Positions 56,520 to 56,826 of a DNA stretch of 56,826 bases are shown here, piece after piece. Both the position numbers and the translations under genes were made by a program. Positions within the stretch are counted from its first letter, which is position 1. The number at the start of each line of letters is the position of its first letter. This stretch comes from a virus, in the IMG/VR virus record IMGVR_UViG_3300045988_168418, one strand, 5' to 3'. The notes under the pieces were generated by a model. That model searched no databases and was not told where the DNA came from. It was given only the letters and a program-made list of their open reading frames with translations.

Positions 56520-56657
56520 TTAATATTTTTCGTTTAATTTGACCAAAAAAGATTTATCTAACGATGCATATCCAGATATTACAGTATATTTTTCTTTATT
56601 TTTATATCTTTCTATTGCAATGCGTAATCCTTGTTCTTGTTTATTTGTTAATTTCAT
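56520..56657 (-). pseudogene. Degenerate duplicate of the helicase 5' end (45 aa; Walker A decayed from GTGKS to SLDKS)
   Basis: 'MKLTNKQEQGLRIAIERYKNKEKYTVISGYASLDKSFLVKL' versus 'MILTKKQEQGLKVAVERWKNKEKYTVISGYA' + 'GTGKSSLVKF'. Confidence 0.55.
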
Positions 56658-56826
56658 AATATTTCAACAACCTTTCCATAAATTTGAGCTCGACTTACCC
56701 AACCATTCACATGACCATGATTATTAGATATTTGATAGCTCTTATTATTTTTTATTGCGGAAATTTTATGTAAATAAAAATGATCTGAAACTTTTACAAA
56801 CACAATATCATTTTTATTTAATTCAG
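56656..56826 (-). CDS. 3' end of a gene that continues beyond the window ('...SDHFYLHKISAIKNNKSYQISNNHGHVNGW...'; possibly a metallophosphoesterase-like C-terminus); its stop overlaps the next ATG
   Basis: Open frame from the window edge to a TGA overlapping the ATG at 56657. Confidence 0.3.

Noticed and set aside
1-56826. Prophage/lysogeny module (integrase, repressor, att sites) and tRNA genes.
   Set aside because: No tyrosine or serine recombinase motifs, repressor-like HTH genes or cloverleaf-like tRNA sequence were seen in any intergenic region. Given the phage-encoded DnaE, helicase and RNR, the element looks virulent. A tRNAscan run would be needed to exclude tRNAs formally.

Overview
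This ~57 kb window looks like one contiguous piece of a large, AT-rich (roughly 30% GC by eye) virulent tailed dsDNA phage. No integrase, repressor or recognisable endolysin is present in the window. Reading is manual translation and motif inspection only; no database search was possible, so every family assignment is a hypothesis. The host is probably a low-GC, likely anaerobic Firmicute, inferred from the NrdDG anaerobic ribonucleotide reductase and a BclA/C1q-like protein.

Layout, left to right:
- Two 55-bp direct repeats at the left edge (1-119).
- A minus-strand three-gene operon (204-1517): a DUF2493/SLOG-like protein, a 62-aa ORF, and a bacterial-type PARG macrodomain protein with the GGG-X7-QEE signature. 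It is transcribed divergently from the structural arm from a back-to-back promoter pair (1549-1627).
- A long plus-strand late arm (1655-45336): two zinc-ribbon proteins; a T4-type large terminase split by a ~1 kb group I intron that carries a free-standing LAGLIDADG homing endonuclease; a DUF559/Vsr-like nuclease; portal, scaffold, SPP1-like major capsid, connector proteins and major tail protein; a 2842-aa tape measure protein; and a ~15 kb tail tip/baseplate/fibre block (1536-aa repeat-bearing protein, HAEG-repeat fibre, 906- and 675-aa proteins). The arm ends in an odd cluster (42.8-45.3 kb) of Q/Y-rich, Cys-rich membrane, BclA-C1q-like and highly acidic proteins.
- A convergent minus-strand early/replication arm (45364-56826) behind a bidirectional terminator: RuvC-like resolvase, dUTPase, NrdG/NrdD, guanylate-kinase-like protein, DnaE-type DNA polymerase III alpha, and a RecD/Dda-like helicase.

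The helicase's 5' end has been remodelled by an HNH endonuclease cassette: the helicase N-terminus is duplicated and degenerate, and there is an 8-nt frame discontinuity at the Walker A motif. At least five near-consensus sigma-70 promoters (TTGACA-17-TATAAT) and several rho-independent terminators punctuate the map. The most novel candidate is the SLOG-PARG operon at the left end (possible ADP-ribose/NAD-signal anti-defence module). The next is the 42.8-45.3 kb cluster.
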